Program-made: the position numbers and the translations under genes | Shown here: in pieces, positions 35,581 to 46,706 of the stretch | Numbering within the stretch: the stretch's first letter is position 1 | How the letters are laid out: the number at the start of each line of letters is the position of its first letter | The notes under the pieces: generated by a model | Told to the model about the DNA's origin: nothing | Database searches by the model: none | Seen by the model: only the letters and a program-made list of their open reading frames with translations | Assembly: GCA_027317865.1 (NCBI GenBank) | Contig: DAHVQG010000008.1 | Location: 91,451-155,450, forward strand | From: Bdellovibrionales bacterium | GTDB taxonomy: Bacteria; Bdellovibrionota; Bdellovibrionia; Bdellovibrionales; UBA1609 | Direction of reading: 5' to 3' | Length of the DNA stretch: 64,000 bases

Positions 35581-36954
35581 CTATAAAAGCGGCGTCACAA
35601 TTGATTCGATCTGCTTTCGTATCCTGGCTAATCCCGCCTCGGTTGAAGACTCAAATCTAAGAACAAGAACTGGTTGCGTATTCGACGGTCTCGCTAGGGC
35701 CCAGCCGTCGGCAAAGCTAATGCGGATACCATCAATCAAATTAACTTTATATTGCTGAGATTTCTCTGCAAAATGTGCGCGAATAGCTTCAACTATACTT
35801 AGTTTTTTCTCTTCTGTGGTGTCGATACGAATTTCTGGCGTGTTAAATGATGGCGGTAAATCACGGAGCAATTCGCGAATCGTTTTGCCGGTTGTTGAAA
35901 GTATTTCGACGACGCGCAAGGCGGCGTACAGAGCGTCGTCATAACCGTAATTGCGGTCCGCAAAGAACACATGGCCGCTTAGCTCACCTCCGAATGGAGC
36001 GCCCTCTAACTTCACTTTTTCTTTTATAAGACTATGGCCGGTCTTCCACATAATTGGCTCGCCACCATATTTACGAATGTAATCATACAGTCGATCCGAA
36101 CACTTTACGTCACCAATAATTTTACTCTTCGGAAGTTTTTCAAGAATAAAACGTGAATAGAGCGCCATAAGTTCATCACCCAAAACCTGGCACCCCGTTT
36201 CGTCAACAATTCCGATGCGGTCGGCGTCGCCGTCAAAACCAATTCCCACCATGGACTTGGTTTCTCTTACGGCGGCGGCCAAAGCGCGCAAGTTTTTTTC
36301 TACCGTGGGGTCAGGATGGTGATTAGGAAACGTGCCGTCCGGATTTTCAAAAAGAATTTTCGGCTTTAAACCTACGGATTCAAAAAGCGCTCGAGTGACA
36401 CATCCTGCGGCGCCATTTCCACAATCAAGCACAAAGGGCACGGGTTCAAGCTTTCCGAATTCATCATGATAGCGGGCAACATATTGAGGCAAAATGTTGT
36501 ATTGAGTTTCATCGCCGAGGGCCTGTGGCTTAACGAAATCGCCCTCTTCAATAATTTTTTTCAATGCTTGAATTTCATCGCCAAAGATAGTGGATTTTCC
36601 GATTGATATTTTAAAGCCGTTGTAGCTTGGAGGGTTGTGACTTCCGGTCACCATAAGACTGCCGCTTATGTTCAACACAAAGGTTGAATAGTAAGAAATA
36701 GGCGTTGTAACAAGCCCGAGTTGAACAACTGAGCCGCCGCTTTCGCGCACACCTTTTGAAAGGGCGGTTACAATGTCAGGGCTAGAGAGCCGAGCGTCGC
36801 GGCCGATTGTGATTTTGGGACTACGAACACCCTTTTTTTTCAAAAAATATGAAACGACGGCGCGGCCGAGATCTTCGGTAAACTTAAGATCGAACTGTTC
36901 GTTAAATACGCCGCGAATGTCGTATTCACGAAAGATGACGGGTTGATAGGCCAT
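35581..36954 (-). CDS. Phosphomannomutase/phosphoglucomutase
   Basis: FREYDIRG, TGSHNP, FDGDADR, GELSGH, RPSNTQP. Confidence 0.95.
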   Translation of the reverse strand: MAYQPVIFREYDIRGVFNEQFDLKFTEDLGRAVVSYFLKKKGVRSPKITIGRDARLSSPDIVTALSKGVRESGGSVVQLGLVTTPISYYSTFVLNISGSLMVTGSHNPPSYNGFKISIGKSTIFGDEIQALKKIIEEGDFVKPQALGDETQYNILPQYVARYHDEFGKLEPVPFVLDCGNGAAGCVTRALFESVGLKPKILFENPDGTFPNHHPDPTVEKNLRALAAAVRETKSMVGIGFDGDADRIGIVDETGCQVLGDELMALYSRFILEKLPKSKIIGDVKCSDRLYDYIRKYGGEPIMWKTGHSLIKEKVKLEGAPFGGELSGHVFFADRNYGYDDALYAALRVVEILSTTGKTIRELLRDLPPSFNTPEIRIDTTEEKKLSIVEAIRAHFAEKSQQYKVNLIDGIRISFADGWALARPSNTQPVLVLRFESSTEAGLARIRKQIESIVTPLL

Positions 36955-37948
36955 TTGACTCCCCCATTTTAATCGCAAACTCAATTGCTTCTACCATAGA
37001 ACCGGGATCCGCTGTGTTTTTTCCAAATAAGTCTTTAGCAGTACCGTGGTCAACGCTTGTGCGTAAAATAGGTAACCCAAGCGTCACATGTACTCCTGAC
37101 GTTTGCCCGTGAATCGCTTTAAATGGAATTAGGCCCTGGTCATGATAGGGGCAAATATAAAATGAAAAGCGTGGCCAATTATTGGGTAAAAATGCGGCGT
37201 CTGGCACAAGGGGCCCCAATACATCAATTTTCTCCGTTGCCGCAAGTTCGAGAGCGTGGTTAAACAGGGAGCCTTCTTCGGTGCCTATAAGCCCGTGATC
37301 ACTGGCATGAGGGTTTAACCCGACGAGAGCCAATGGGCGACTTCCGATTTTACGTGGTAATGATTTTCGCATTTGGCTCGCAAGCCTAAGCGTGTCGAGT
37401 ATTGCTTCGGCGCTCAGTGATGCCGCAACTTCTTTTAAAGGAATGTGACCTGTCGCAAGAACGACATTAAAATGCCTTCCGATAAACGCCATTCGAACCC
37501 TTGATTTCGGTATGCGACAGATACGAGATAATATTTCAGTATGACCAATGTCGACTAATCCCGAGTCTAGAATCAAAGTTTTTGAAAGCGGAGCCGTAAT
37601 CAACCCATCCACTTTCTTCTCTAAACAAGCGCGCGCAGCCGCTTCAACCCAAAATGGAGGGGCAAGTGGGCTTTCGATCAAACGGACGCGACACGATGGC
37701 GCACATTCAGATAGCGCTTCGTCAAAGGAGGCAAATATTTTAGCGCCCAGTTTTACAATAAAATGACGGCGCAATTTTTTAATTAGATGATTGTGGTTGC
37801 AGCCTATAAAAACAAAAAATATTTGCTTTCTTCGCGATTTAAGTCGAAGAAGGGCCTTGTATGTGACCTCTTCGCCGATCCCGTCAGGATCTCCTGTCGT
37901 AATAATAAATTTTTGTAGGCGACCCTTGTTAACTTTGCCACTTGCCAT
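36926..37948 (-). CDS. pdxA: 4-hydroxythreonine-4-phosphate dehydrogenase PdxA
   Basis: GDPDGIG, GHTE, GLNPHA, YHDQGLIPFK, RTSVDHGTA. Confidence 0.95.
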   Translation of the reverse strand: MASGKVNKGRLQKFIITTGDPDGIGEEVTYKALLRLKSRRKQIFFVFIGCNHNHLIKKLRRHFIVKLGAKIFASFDEALSECAPSCRVRLIESPLAPPFWVEAAARACLEKKVDGLITAPLSKTLILDSGLVDIGHTEILSRICRIPKSRVRMAFIGRHFNVVLATGHIPLKEVAASLSAEAILDTLRLASQMRKSLPRKIGSRPLALVGLNPHASDHGLIGTEEGSLFNHALELAATEKIDVLGPLVPDAAFLPNNWPRFSFYICPYHDQGLIPFKAIHGQTSGVHVTLGLPILRTSVDHGTAKDLFGKNTADPGSMVEAIEFAIKMGESNGLSTRHLS

Positions 37949-38918
37949 TGTTAATTTTATTTATGTGAATAAATGATTCTGCGCGCCTCTTCTTTAACCA
38001 TTCTCGAAACCGCCGTTTAAAATATATACCCATCAAATAGCGGCGAATGGCATCACGTTTGGCTTCAAGACCAGGCGATGGCACCAAAATCTTTTTATCA
38101 ACTCTGAAAATATGATATCCATCAGCCATTTTGACTACTGGCGAGATATCTCCCGCCGAAAGCGGAGCCAAAATAGCACGTATTTTCGGGTTTAAATCAG
38201 ACAAGCGATAAGTGCCGAAATCGCCCGCATTTTGACTGTATTGTTTGTCTTCAGAATATTGAGCCGCCAACGTCGTAAACGGAATTCCATCGTCAAGTTT
38301 TTCTTTGACTTCTTCAGCGCGAGCTTTTGCGGCGGCGGCACCGCCGTTTGTGTCGGCAAAAAATATGTGCGAGAGCTTGTATTCATAGACAAGTGGATTT
38401 TTGCCATGTTTTTGTTTTGCATAGAAGGCGTCAATTTCATTATTTGAGACTGTTATTTTGGATGTTACTTCACGCTCAAGAAGCGTTTGTCTCTCCATAC
38501 TTGTGCGAACGAAATCCTGGTATTGGGCATAGGAGACGCCTTGGTTTTTGAGAGTCTCTTTCAGTTGTTCAAGCGTAATTCCACGGCCCTGCGCGATATT
38601 GTTGATTTCAGAATCCACCTGTTCGATGGGAGTGACAATTCCACTGGAGGCAACTTCCGAGTCGATTATTTTCTGATCGATCAAATACTGAACGTCAGCG
38701 CTTTCTTTTTTTTTTAGTTTTGAAACATTGTAGAGGCTCAAGAGACCTTCATCTAAAAGACCGTGTGTCTTAAGTTGAGTTCTAAAAAGGTTGATGTCGG
38801 ACTGAGTAATAGCGTTGTCGTTAACCACCGCAACGACGCGGTCGATGATTTTGGCATGCGCAAACGAGACGCAGGCAAAACTCATTGCCAAAACAGCCAT
38901 CAACCGAACACGCATCAA
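37929..38918 (-). CDS. surA: SurA-like periplasmic chaperone/parvulin PPIase
   Basis: Signal peptide, DRVVAVVN..IT, SHIF...YSED...GDFG...GYHIF; upstream of pdxA. Confidence 0.82.
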   Translation of the reverse strand: MMRVRLMAVLAMSFACVSFAHAKIIDRVVAVVNDNAITQSDINLFRTQLKTHGLLDEGLLSLYNVSKLKKKESADVQYLIDQKIIDSEVASSGIVTPIEQVDSEINNIAQGRGITLEQLKETLKNQGVSYAQYQDFVRTSMERQTLLEREVTSKITVSNNEIDAFYAKQKHGKNPLVYEYKLSHIFFADTNGGAAAAKARAEEVKEKLDDGIPFTTLAAQYSEDKQYSQNAGDFGTYRLSDLNPKIRAILAPLSAGDISPVVKMADGYHIFRVDKKILVPSPGLEAKRDAIRRYLMGIYFKRRFREWLKKRRAESFIHINKINNGKWQS

Positions 38919-39892
38919 TTACCACCTCGATTTTGCACGTAAATTTTATTTATAACGTCATCATTTTTATAAACATGAGCCTTCAAAATCTGCTTCCTAA
39001 GCCAGTCTTTATAGACACCCTGCTCACTTTGGGCAAGAAGATCACGAACGATTTGGGGTTTGGCCTCTTGAAAGGTAAGAGAGTGTGATCGTCGTCTCGC
39101 AACGATCTTGAACACATGGTAACCAAAAGCGTCTTTGGCGATTTCAAGCTGACCTATTGGATAATGTCGCTTTGTGAAGATGTTCGAAGTGTCACTGTAA
39201 ACCCATCCGAGATCGCCGCCGGTTTGGCCTTCCGGCCCCACTGAAAATTCTTTTGCCATAGCGGCAAAGCTTTTGCCTGCGCGAAGCACGCGCTCAATGG
39301 TTTGGGCGTTGGCTTTTGTGCGAACAACGATTTGATAAACGTGTACGGCGGCGGGGCGGTTAAATTTTTTTTTGTTATCAGCAAAATATCTTTGCATTTC
39401 TTCAGTCGTAGGTTTGGGTATGTCTTTTAAAAGCGCCGCCTGCACTAAGTGCTCAAGAATCGTCATGCGCAGCCGGTCCTTCCACTCGTCTATTGTTAAG
39501 CCTTGGTCAGCAAGCTCTTTTCGAAAAGACAATTCATCGGGATATTGCTTTTGGATCTTTTTTACCGCGGCATCGAGATCTTCTTTTCGAACGAAAATTT
39601 GGTGTCGACGCGCCCAATCTTTTGTCAAAGATTGAACAACAAAATCTTGAACAACTAGGTTTTTAATCTTTTGAAGGATTTTTGGGTCCTTGGCGGATAA
39701 ATCGTCAAACAACCTTATCCGTTCGGCAAGCCGGTCAGAAAACTCACCGGCGGTAAGCACATTCTGGTTCACTTTTACGACCGGAATTTGGCGTAAATTT
39801 TTATGCCACCGCGTGCAGCCGGTTAAAACTAGTAGAAATGCCAATAATGAATATAGTGCACGCCGGCTCTTATGAGAGCACAAAAGGGTCAT
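38915..39892 (-). CDS. Parvulin-type PPIase lipoprotein (PrsA/PpiC-like)
   Basis: Lipobox LTGC; FAAMAKEFS, GGDLGW, FGYHVFK. Confidence 0.85.
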   Translation of the reverse strand: MTLLCSHKSRRALYSLLAFLLVLTGCTRWHKNLRQIPVVKVNQNVLTAGEFSDRLAERIRLFDDLSAKDPKILQKIKNLVVQDFVVQSLTKDWARRHQIFVRKEDLDAAVKKIQKQYPDELSFRKELADQGLTIDEWKDRLRMTILEHLVQAALLKDIPKPTTEEMQRYFADNKKKFNRPAAVHVYQIVVRTKANAQTIERVLRAGKSFAAMAKEFSVGPEGQTGGDLGWVYSDTSNIFTKRHYPIGQLEIAKDAFGYHVFKIVARRRSHSLTFQEAKPQIVRDLLAQSEQGVYKDWLRKQILKAHVYKNDDVINKIYVQNRGGN

Positions 39893-40704
39893 CGCAGTGA
39901 CTTAACCAATTTCTCGTTAAGTGTCACCGGGTATCGACGGGCAATGCTTCTAAAAAATTCGTTAAAATATATTTTACGTTTCTGATCGAAAACGGCAGCG
40001 CGAATCTGAGCCTTATTAGCAGCGGCATAACTTAGGCGCCCGGTTTCTTTAATAATATGAAAACCATATTGAGTGCGAATGGGCGGCGAAATCTGTCCGA
40101 CTTTTAGCTTCAAAAGTTCATTGTAATAACTTGGCACAACGGTAATACGATTTTGATAGCCAATGTCGCCACCAGTTGCCTTACTAAGATTATCGTCTGA
40201 ATAGAGCTTTACGAGTTGCGAAAACGGGCGATGACTGTGGATCACTTTTTCGTAAATTTCGTCAGCTCTTTTTCGCGCCGCTGCGATTTGAGACGGGGTA
40301 GCATTGGGTCTAAATTGTATTAAAATGTGGCTCGATCGAATTTCTGGGTTTTTCGCGTAGTAATTGCGCATCTCCGCCTGAGTGACATGAATATGTTCGA
40401 TTTTTTCCCCGAGTGCTTTATTAAGAAGCCCTTTGTAAAGATCTTTGCGAATGGCTTCTCTTACCGCGGGGTCGTTTTCGATGCCGCGCCTTTGCGCTTC
40501 TTGTACGCCCATTTCAAAACGAATGTAGTCTCTTAAAAAGACTCGCGGCAAAGGCGGGTTAATGGTTTGCTTTTTTACTTGCTGATACCGCTGCTGAAAT
40601 TGTTGAAGCGTAATGACATCGTTGCCCACGCGCGCAAGGACTTGCGCCAATGTCTGTTGTGCGAACAGGGCAAAAATAACGGCAGTAATAAGAGACTTAA
40701 TCAT
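39889..40704 (-). CDS. Parvulin-type PPIase, exported
   Basis: Signal peptide; SSHILI, YSDD, GGDIG, YGFHIIK. Confidence 0.88.
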   Translation of the reverse strand: MIKSLITAVIFALFAQQTLAQVLARVGNDVITLQQFQQRYQQVKKQTINPPLPRVFLRDYIRFEMGVQEAQRRGIENDPAVREAIRKDLYKGLLNKALGEKIEHIHVTQAEMRNYYAKNPEIRSSHILIQFRPNATPSQIAAARKRADEIYEKVIHSHRPFSQLVKLYSDDNLSKATGGDIGYQNRITVVPSYYNELLKLKVGQISPPIRTQYGFHIIKETGRLSYAAANKAQIRAAVFDQKRKIYFNEFFRSIARRYPVTLNEKLVKSLR

Positions 40705-40740
40705 ATGAGAAACCTCTATCTAAAACGCTAACATTTCAAA

Positions 40741-41361
40741 CTAGCACGCTGCAATAATTTTACCGGCCTGCTGCTGGGCAGTGTCAAGGGCTGTCTTTAG
40801 CAGTAACTTGGGGTTTTGAGATTGTTGTAGTTCGTTTGGCGTAATCGGGTCCGCAAAAACGATTACGACTTTTGCAAACGGATATGGCAAAAAAGTTTTA
40901 TTCCACGACTTTTCAAAACGGTGTGAGGGTATTGCGGCTACTCCTGTTGGAACAATGGGGGCATCACAAATTCTTGAGAGTTCAAATATGCCGGGTTTGG
41001 GCTCATGGTAGGGCCCACGAGGGCCATCCACGGCAATAGAAGCGTTATGGCCAATTTTAACAAGTCGGACGAGACCCCTAAAACCTGTTATAGCCCCGCG
41101 TGTAGAAGATCCGCGCGCCGTGGAGCCGCCGAATTTTTGAATTACAAAGTCGACAAGCGATCCATCTCGGCTTGTCGAGGTCATCGTTGAAAGATGGTAG
41201 CGCGTGACAAGATGAATAATTGAAAGCTCATCACCGTGCCAATGGGCAAAGACAACAGGCTTACGATTAGCAAGCGATTGTTGCAAGCCAGGCGATTCGA
41301 TAACTTGAATTCGCCAGGTGGACACAATCAAGCGATAAATTAAATAAATTAACCATTTCAC
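40741..41361 (-). CDS. Lysophospholipid acyltransferase family protein (DUF374)
   Basis: FAHWHG, STSRDG, RGSSTRG, VDGPRGP, SWNK..LPYPF. Confidence 0.85.
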   Translation of the reverse strand: MKWLIYLIYRLIVSTWRIQVIESPGLQQSLANRKPVVFAHWHGDELSIIHLVTRYHLSTMTSTSRDGSLVDFVIQKFGGSTARGSSTRGAITGFRGLVRLVKIGHNASIAVDGPRGPYHEPKPGIFELSRICDAPIVPTGVAAIPSHRFEKSWNKTFLPYPFAKVVIVFADPITPNELQQSQNPKLLLKTALDTAQQQAGKIIAAC

Positions 41362-42332
41362 TGAAGAAGCTTTTTAAACTCTTCTGTCAAAGCGGGGACC
41401 ACTTCAAAAACGTCACCGACGATTCCGTAAGTCGATTTCTGAAAAATCGGCGCATCAGGATCTTTGTTAATGGCCACGATGACCTTGCTACCGCTCATGC
41501 CCGCTAAATGCTGAATGGCACCCGAAATGCCGCACGCGATGTAAAGTGTCGGCGCCACAGTTTTACCCGTTTGTCCGACCTGCATCGAGTGTGGAACCCA
41601 GCCGGCATCAACTACGGCGCGCGAGGCGCCGACGGTCGCGCCAAGAACCGAGGCGAGATCTTCAAGAAGTTTAAAATGTTCGGGCCCCTTCATACCGCGC
41701 CCACCGGATACAATTATATTGGCTTCAGTAAGATCTAGTTTTTCAGTCGCGCCTTTTACAATTTCTTTGATTTTAGTTTTGAGATCAACGGGCTTGAGCG
41801 AAAGTTTTTTAATCGAGACTTCGGCTTGACCCATGGGCGAACCTACCGGCAATTGATTGGCGCGCATCAAAATAATTTTGGTCATGCCGCTCGTTGAATT
41901 TTGAAATTCAATTTTTGCGGAACACCTGCCGGCGTAAAGCGGTTTTCGAACATCGGCGGCGCCGCCGGTAAAAGAAAGCTCGGTGCAGTCGCTGGCGACG
42001 GCGGACGTCACTTTTTGCGCAACACGCGGGAACAAGTCTCGACACAGCATCGAAGCCGGAGCCAAAACATATTCAGGTTTTAAAGAAGAGATAGCCTCTG
42101 CAACAATGCTAAGAAAAAGCTCTGGGTTATATTCCTTTAGATTGTTATCTTCGCAGACAAGCGCTTCTTTCACCCCCCAAGCACCGAGCTTTTTAGCCAA
42201 AGGTTCCGAGCCAGGTCCAAGGACAAGGGCGTTTACCTCAAGGCCGGATGTCTGAGCGGCCGTTAAAAGCTCATAAGTGCCGCGTTTGAAATCAGATCCT
42301 AAATGTTCAGCAAAAACGAGAATGCTCCCCAT
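41358..42332 (-). CDS. etfA: Electron transfer flavoprotein alpha
   Basis: VSGGRG, GASRAVVDAGW, QVGQTGKTV, GISGAIQH, INKDPDAPIF. Confidence 0.97.
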   Translation of the reverse strand: MGSILVFAEHLGSDFKRGTYELLTAAQTSGLEVNALVLGPGSEPLAKKLGAWGVKEALVCEDNNLKEYNPELFLSIVAEAISSLKPEYVLAPASMLCRDLFPRVAQKVTSAVASDCTELSFTGGAADVRKPLYAGRCSAKIEFQNSTSGMTKIILMRANQLPVGSPMGQAEVSIKKLSLKPVDLKTKIKEIVKGATEKLDLTEANIIVSGGRGMKGPEHFKLLEDLASVLGATVGASRAVVDAGWVPHSMQVGQTGKTVAPTLYIACGISGAIQHLAGMSGSKVIVAINKDPDAPIFQKSTYGIVGDVFEVVPALTEEFKKLLQ

Positions 42333-42343
42333 TTGAACTACTC

Positions 42344-43123
42344 CTAGATTACTTTAGCTTCTTCGCGAAGAAGGCGGGCGAGGTCATGAACTTGTGTTGC
42401 AATATCTCCAGCTAATATTTTAACGGCAGGTTTTTCGGGTGGCAGGCGAAACGCCGTTTGTTTCACGCGAGATTGTTTTGGGTCAACTCCAAGACCCGGC
42501 AAATCGTACTCTTTTATGACTTTTTTCTTTGCTTTCATAATTCCGGGCAAGCTTGCATAGCGCGGAGTATTGAGCCCCTTATTGGCCGCAAAAAGCGCAG
42601 GGAGCGTAATTTCAAAAACTTCTTTTGTTCCGCCCTCGACCTCACGCTCCACTGTTGCAACTTGTCCATTTAAAGCGAATTTTGAAATCACCGTTAAATG
42701 CGGAATGCCAAGCTCTCCGGCAAGCATTTGGCTAACACTTGCGTCATTGTCGTCGATGGCTTGACGACCGGTCAAAATCAAATCAAAGGCGCCCTCTTTT
42801 TTTAAACAGGCCGCAAGTGCCGAAGCAGTTGTTGATGCGTCTAGACTATTTTCGCCTGAGTCAATGAGAATAGCGTCGTCGGCACCCATAGCAAGTGCCG
42901 TTCGAAGTGCTTCACCAGCACGAGATTTTGGTCCGAGCGTTATGACAAGAACACTCGAGCCAGCTATGGTGCCACGAATTTTAAGTGCCTCTTCAATAGC
43001 GTGCTCGTCGTAAGGGTTAATGACCCATTTCACACCGGCTACTTCAATGCCAGACTGATCGGGCTTTAGTTTGATTTTCGTCTCAGTATCAGGAACTTGC
43101 TTGATACAAACAGCAATGCGCAT
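42344..43123 (-). CDS. etfB: Electron transfer flavoprotein beta
   Basis: CIKQVPD, INPYDEHAIEEA, ALAMGAD, PRYASLPGIMKAKKK. Confidence 0.97.
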   Translation of the reverse strand: MRIAVCIKQVPDTETKIKLKPDQSGIEVAGVKWVINPYDEHAIEEALKIRGTIAGSSVLVITLGPKSRAGEALRTALAMGADDAILIDSGENSLDASTTASALAACLKKEGAFDLILTGRQAIDDNDASVSQMLAGELGIPHLTVISKFALNGQVATVEREVEGGTKEVFEITLPALFAANKGLNTPRYASLPGIMKAKKKVIKEYDLPGLGVDPKQSRVKQTAFRLPPEKPAVKILAGDIATQVHDLARLLREEAKVI

Positions 43124-43206
43124 AAAATGGACCCCACTATAGACAATGTTCTTTCATAGCATTAGTTTTGAAATCGAATTGAATCAATATCAAAAAGAGG
43201 TTTGAT

Positions 43207-43878
43207 GTGGCCAAAAGGGGTTATTTTTCTTCAACAATTGGCAAAAAACAGTCCATGGCGCTTGCGGGGCTTGGGCTGTGCGTCTTTGTATTGGTGCATG
43301 CAGCTGGCAATATGCTCTTGTTCAAAAGTCCTGAAGCCTACAACGAATATAGCCATGCGCTAGTGACGAATCATCTCATTGGTATTATCGAACTTGGGCT
43401 ACTGTTCATTTTTCTCGTCCACGTTATCGACGGTCTGATCGTTTCAATCCGAAATCGTAGCGCGCGACAGACAAAAAATGCGATTCGAACGAATGGTCCA
43501 AAGGGGACATCCCTCATAAAACGTACGATGATCCTTCAAGGGATAATCGTTTTTGTATTCATTTGTTTGCACCTTTATGAATTTAAATATGGCCCCTACT
43601 ATAGCGTGACATACAACGGGGTGAAAATGCGCGATCTTTTCCGCCTTGTACATCAGGTCTTTCAAAACCCTATTTATGTCGTGTGGTACGTTGTTGCGGT
43701 TACGATTCTATGCTTTCATCTTTCGCACGGGCTATATTCTGCCTTGCAGACTTTGGGTATGCAAAATGCGCGTTACCGCGCGATGGGCAAAGCAATTTCG
43801 GTTGCTTTTGGAATACTGGTCACCGGCATGTTTGCCGCGCAGCCGATTTACATGTTTTTATCTACAAGGATTAATTGA
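43207..43878 (+). CDS. sdhC: Succinate dehydrogenase/fumarate reductase cytochrome b558 subunit
   Basis: SSTIGKK..MA..GL, about five TM segments, several conserved His (VHAAGN, LVHV, LHL, FHLSHG). Confidence 0.92.
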   Translation: MAKRGYFSSTIGKKQSMALAGLGLCVFVLVHAAGNMLLFKSPEAYNEYSHALVTNHLIGIIELGLLFIFLVHVIDGLIVSIRNRSARQTKNAIRTNGPKGTSLIKRTMILQGIIVFVFICLHLYEFKYGPYYSVTYNGVKMRDLFRLVHQVFQNPIYVVWYVVAVTILCFHLSHGLYSALQTLGMQNARYRAMGKAISVAFGILVTGMFAAQPIYMFLSTRIN

Positions 43879-45801
43879 ATGGCAATAAAACTCGATGCAA
43901 ATATTCCCGAAGGTTCAATTGAAGAAAAGTGGGATAACCACCGCTTTCAAATCAAGCTCGTAAATCCAGCCAACAAACGAAAATTCGATATCATCGTTGT
44001 GGGCACGGGCCTGGCCGGAGCGTCTGCGGCCGCAAGCCTTGCGGAACTTGGTTACAATGTGAAAGCATTTTGCATCCACGACTCCCCGAGGAGGGCGCAC
44101 TCGATCGCTGCACAAGGGGGTATTAATGCGGCCAAAAATTACCCAAACGACGGCGATTCCATTTATCGGCTTTTTTACGACACGGTTAAAGGTGGCGATT
44201 TTCGCTCTCGTGAGGCCAACGTCTATCGGCTGGCGCAAATTTCAAACCATATAATTGATCATTGTGTGGCCCTCGGGGTGCCGTTTGCCCGTGAATATGG
44301 CGGGCTTCTGGAAAACCGCTCCTTCGGTGGCGCGCAAGTTTCGCGAACATTCTATGCACGCGGACAAACTGGGCAGCAGCTATTGCTTGGCGCCTACTCA
44401 GCGCTTATGCGGCAAGTGGCGGCAAAAAAAGTTCAACTTTTCCCGCGGCGCGAGATGCTCGATCTTGTTTTAGTTAATGGTCAGGCGCGCGGAATCACGT
44501 GCCGCAACCTTATTACTGGCGAAATTGAGTCGCACGCGGGCCATGCGGTCGTACTTGCTACCGGCGGCTACGGAAATGTTTTTTATTTATCTACGAATGC
44601 GAAAAATTCAAATGTGACGGCAAGCTGGAGATGTCACAAAAAAGGCGCCCTTTTTGCTAATCCCTGTTTTACGCAAATTCACCCGACATGCATTCCCGTT
44701 TCAGGAGACCATCAATCCAAGCTCACATTGATGTCAGAATCCCTTCGTAACGACGGGCGCGTTTGGGTGCCGAAACAAAAAGGCGACAAGCGACCGCCGC
44801 AAGACATCCCCGAAGAAGAGCGCGATTATTATTTGGAGCGTATTTACCCAAGTTTTGGCAATCTTGTTCCTCGAGATGTGGCCTCACGACAAGCGAAGTT
44901 TCGCGTGGATGAGGGCCGCGGCGTCGGCGAAACGGGTGTTGCCGTTTATCTTGATTTTCGCGATGCCATCAAGCGCGTGGGAGAAGAAAACATTAGTGAA
45001 AAATACGGCAACCTCTTTGAGATGTACGAGAAAATCACCGGTGAAAATCCCTACAAGGTTCCGATGCGCATTTACCCGGCTGTTCACTACACAATGGGGG
45101 GCCTCTGGGTCGACTATAACTTGATGAGTACTGTACCGGGACTTCATGTGCTCGGCGAAGCAAATTTTTCCGATCACGGCTCGAATCGTCTAGGCGCATC
45201 GGCGCTCATGCAAGGGCTGGCCGATGGCTATTTTATTATTCCTTACACGATCGGACATTATCTTGCCTCAAACAAACTGGATAACGTGACTGCGAATCAC
45301 GAGGCATTTCAATTAAGCCGCGCTGAAGTTTCAAAAAGAATTGATAAACTATTGCACAATAAAGGCTCCCGTACAGTTGATGATTTTCATCGCCATCTTG
45401 GTAAAATTATGTGGGAGAAAGTCGGAATGTCCAGAAATGCAAAAGGCCTAAAAGAAGCGATAAGTGAAATTCAGGCGTTGCGTGAAGAATTCTGGCAAGA
45501 CGTTCGCGTCTCAGGCGAAAAAACCTATAAAAACGAAGATCTCGAAAAAGCCGGCCGCGTCGCTGACTTTTTGGAACTCGGCGAGCTCATGGCCTTAGAT
45601 GCGCTCACGCGAGAGGAATCTTGCGGCGGTCATTTTCGCGAAGAATATCAAACGCCCGAAAATGAAGCCAGACGAGACGATGAACATTTTTGCTTTGTTT
45701 CGGCTTGGGGACATGGACCTGGCGACAAATTGAGTTGGCAACTTGAAAAGGAGCCGCTTGATTTTGAGCATGTCCACCTTGCAACACGAAGTTACAAATA
45801 A
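43879..45801 (+). CDS. sdhA: Succinate dehydrogenase/fumarate reductase flavoprotein
   Basis: [43 protein letters not shown]. Confidence 0.96.
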   Translation: MAIKLDANIPEGSIEEKWDNHRFQIKLVNPANKRKFDIIVVGTGLAGASAAASLAELGYNVKAFCIHDSPRRAHSIAAQGGINAAKNYPNDGDSIYRLFYDTVKGGDFRSREANVYRLAQISNHIIDHCVALGVPFAREYGGLLENRSFGGAQVSRTFYARGQTGQQLLLGAYSALMRQVAAKKVQLFPRREMLDLVLVNGQARGITCRNLITGEIESHAGHAVVLATGGYGNVFYLSTNAKNSNVTASWRCHKKGALFANPCFTQIHPTCIPVSGDHQSKLTLMSESLRNDGRVWVPKQKGDKRPPQDIPEEERDYYLERIYPSFGNLVPRDVASRQAKFRVDEGRGVGETGVAVYLDFRDAIKRVGEENISEKYGNLFEMYEKITGENPYKVPMRIYPAVHYTMGGLWVDYNLMSTVPGLHVLGEANFSDHGSNRLGASALMQGLADGYFIIPYTIGHYLASNKLDNVTANHEAFQLSRAEVSKRIDKLLHNKGSRTVDDFHRHLGKIMWEKVGMSRNAKGLKEAISEIQALREEFWQDVRVSGEKTYKNEDLEKAGRVADFLELGELMALDALTREESCGGHFREEYQTPENEARRDDEHFCFVSAWGHGPGDKLSWQLEKEPLDFEHVHLATRSYK

Positions 45802-45822
45802 CCTGCAAAAAGGATTGCGAAC

Positions 45823-46611
45823 ATGTCTGAGCACAAAAAAGAAAATATGAACTTGCGGCTAAAGGTGTGGCGGCAAAATGGTCCCAACGAGCCGGGTTAC
45901 TTCATGAACTATGAGGCTAAAAACATTTCTCCTGACATGTCATTTTTAGAGATGCTCGATGTGATGAATAACGATCTTATCCGGCAAGGCAAAGACCCCG
46001 TGCAGTTTGACCACGATTGTCGTGAGGGAATCTGCGGGGCTTGCTCGCTTGTGATTAATGGGAACCCTCACGGTCCGCGAATGGGCACAACGACATGCCA
46101 ACTCCATATGCGACATTTTAAAAATGGCGATGTTATCTACGTTGAGCCGTTTCTTGCTCGGGCATTTCCAATTGTGCGTGACCTTGTGGTTGATCGCGGC
46201 GCTTTTGATCGCATTCAAGAGGCTGGCGGATTTATATCTACGAAAACCGGAAGTGCCCAAGACGCTAACGCGCTGCCAATTTCAAAGGCCAACGCGGATG
46301 CCGCATTTGAAGCGGCCACGTGTATCGGGTGTGGTGCTTGTGTAGCCGTTTGTAAAAATGCGTCAGCGAGCTTGTTTGTGGGCGCGAAAATCGCGCATTT
46401 AGCGAGACTCCCTCAAGGGCAACCTGAGCGCGATCGCCGGGCGCTGGCGATGGTTGCGCAGATGGATGCGGAAGGCTTTGGTGCGTGTTCAAATACCGGT
46501 GCGTGTTCTGCGGTATGTCCAAAAGAAATAAGTCTTGATGTCATTGCACAAATGAATCGCGATTATTTGTGTGCCGCAGTAAGCGAACCCAAGCACAGAG
46601 ATAAGGTATAA
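45823..46611 (+). CDS. sdhB: Succinate dehydrogenase/fumarate reductase Fe-S subunit
   Basis: [32 protein letters not shown]. Confidence 0.96.
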   Translation: MSEHKKENMNLRLKVWRQNGPNEPGYFMNYEAKNISPDMSFLEMLDVMNNDLIRQGKDPVQFDHDCREGICGACSLVINGNPHGPRMGTTTCQLHMRHFKNGDVIYVEPFLARAFPIVRDLVVDRGAFDRIQEAGGFISTKTGSAQDANALPISKANADAAFEAATCIGCGACVAVCKNASASLFVGAKIAHLARLPQGQPERDRRALAMVAQMDAEGFGACSNTGACSAVCPKEISLDVIAQMNRDYLCAAVSEPKHRDKV

Positions 46612-46626
46612 ACAGGGCCAACAAAG

Positions 46627-46635
46627 TTTTCCACA
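46627..46635 (+). promoter_or_regulatory. Consensus DnaA box in the sdhB-hypothetical gap
   Basis: TTTTCCACA matches TTWTNCACA. Confidence 0.35.
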
Positions 46636-46706
46636 GCGAATGATTTTAATCTGCGCATAGCATTAGGTTCACCGATCAAGCTCTTGCAGGTGTCTTTAAA
46701 GAACGT

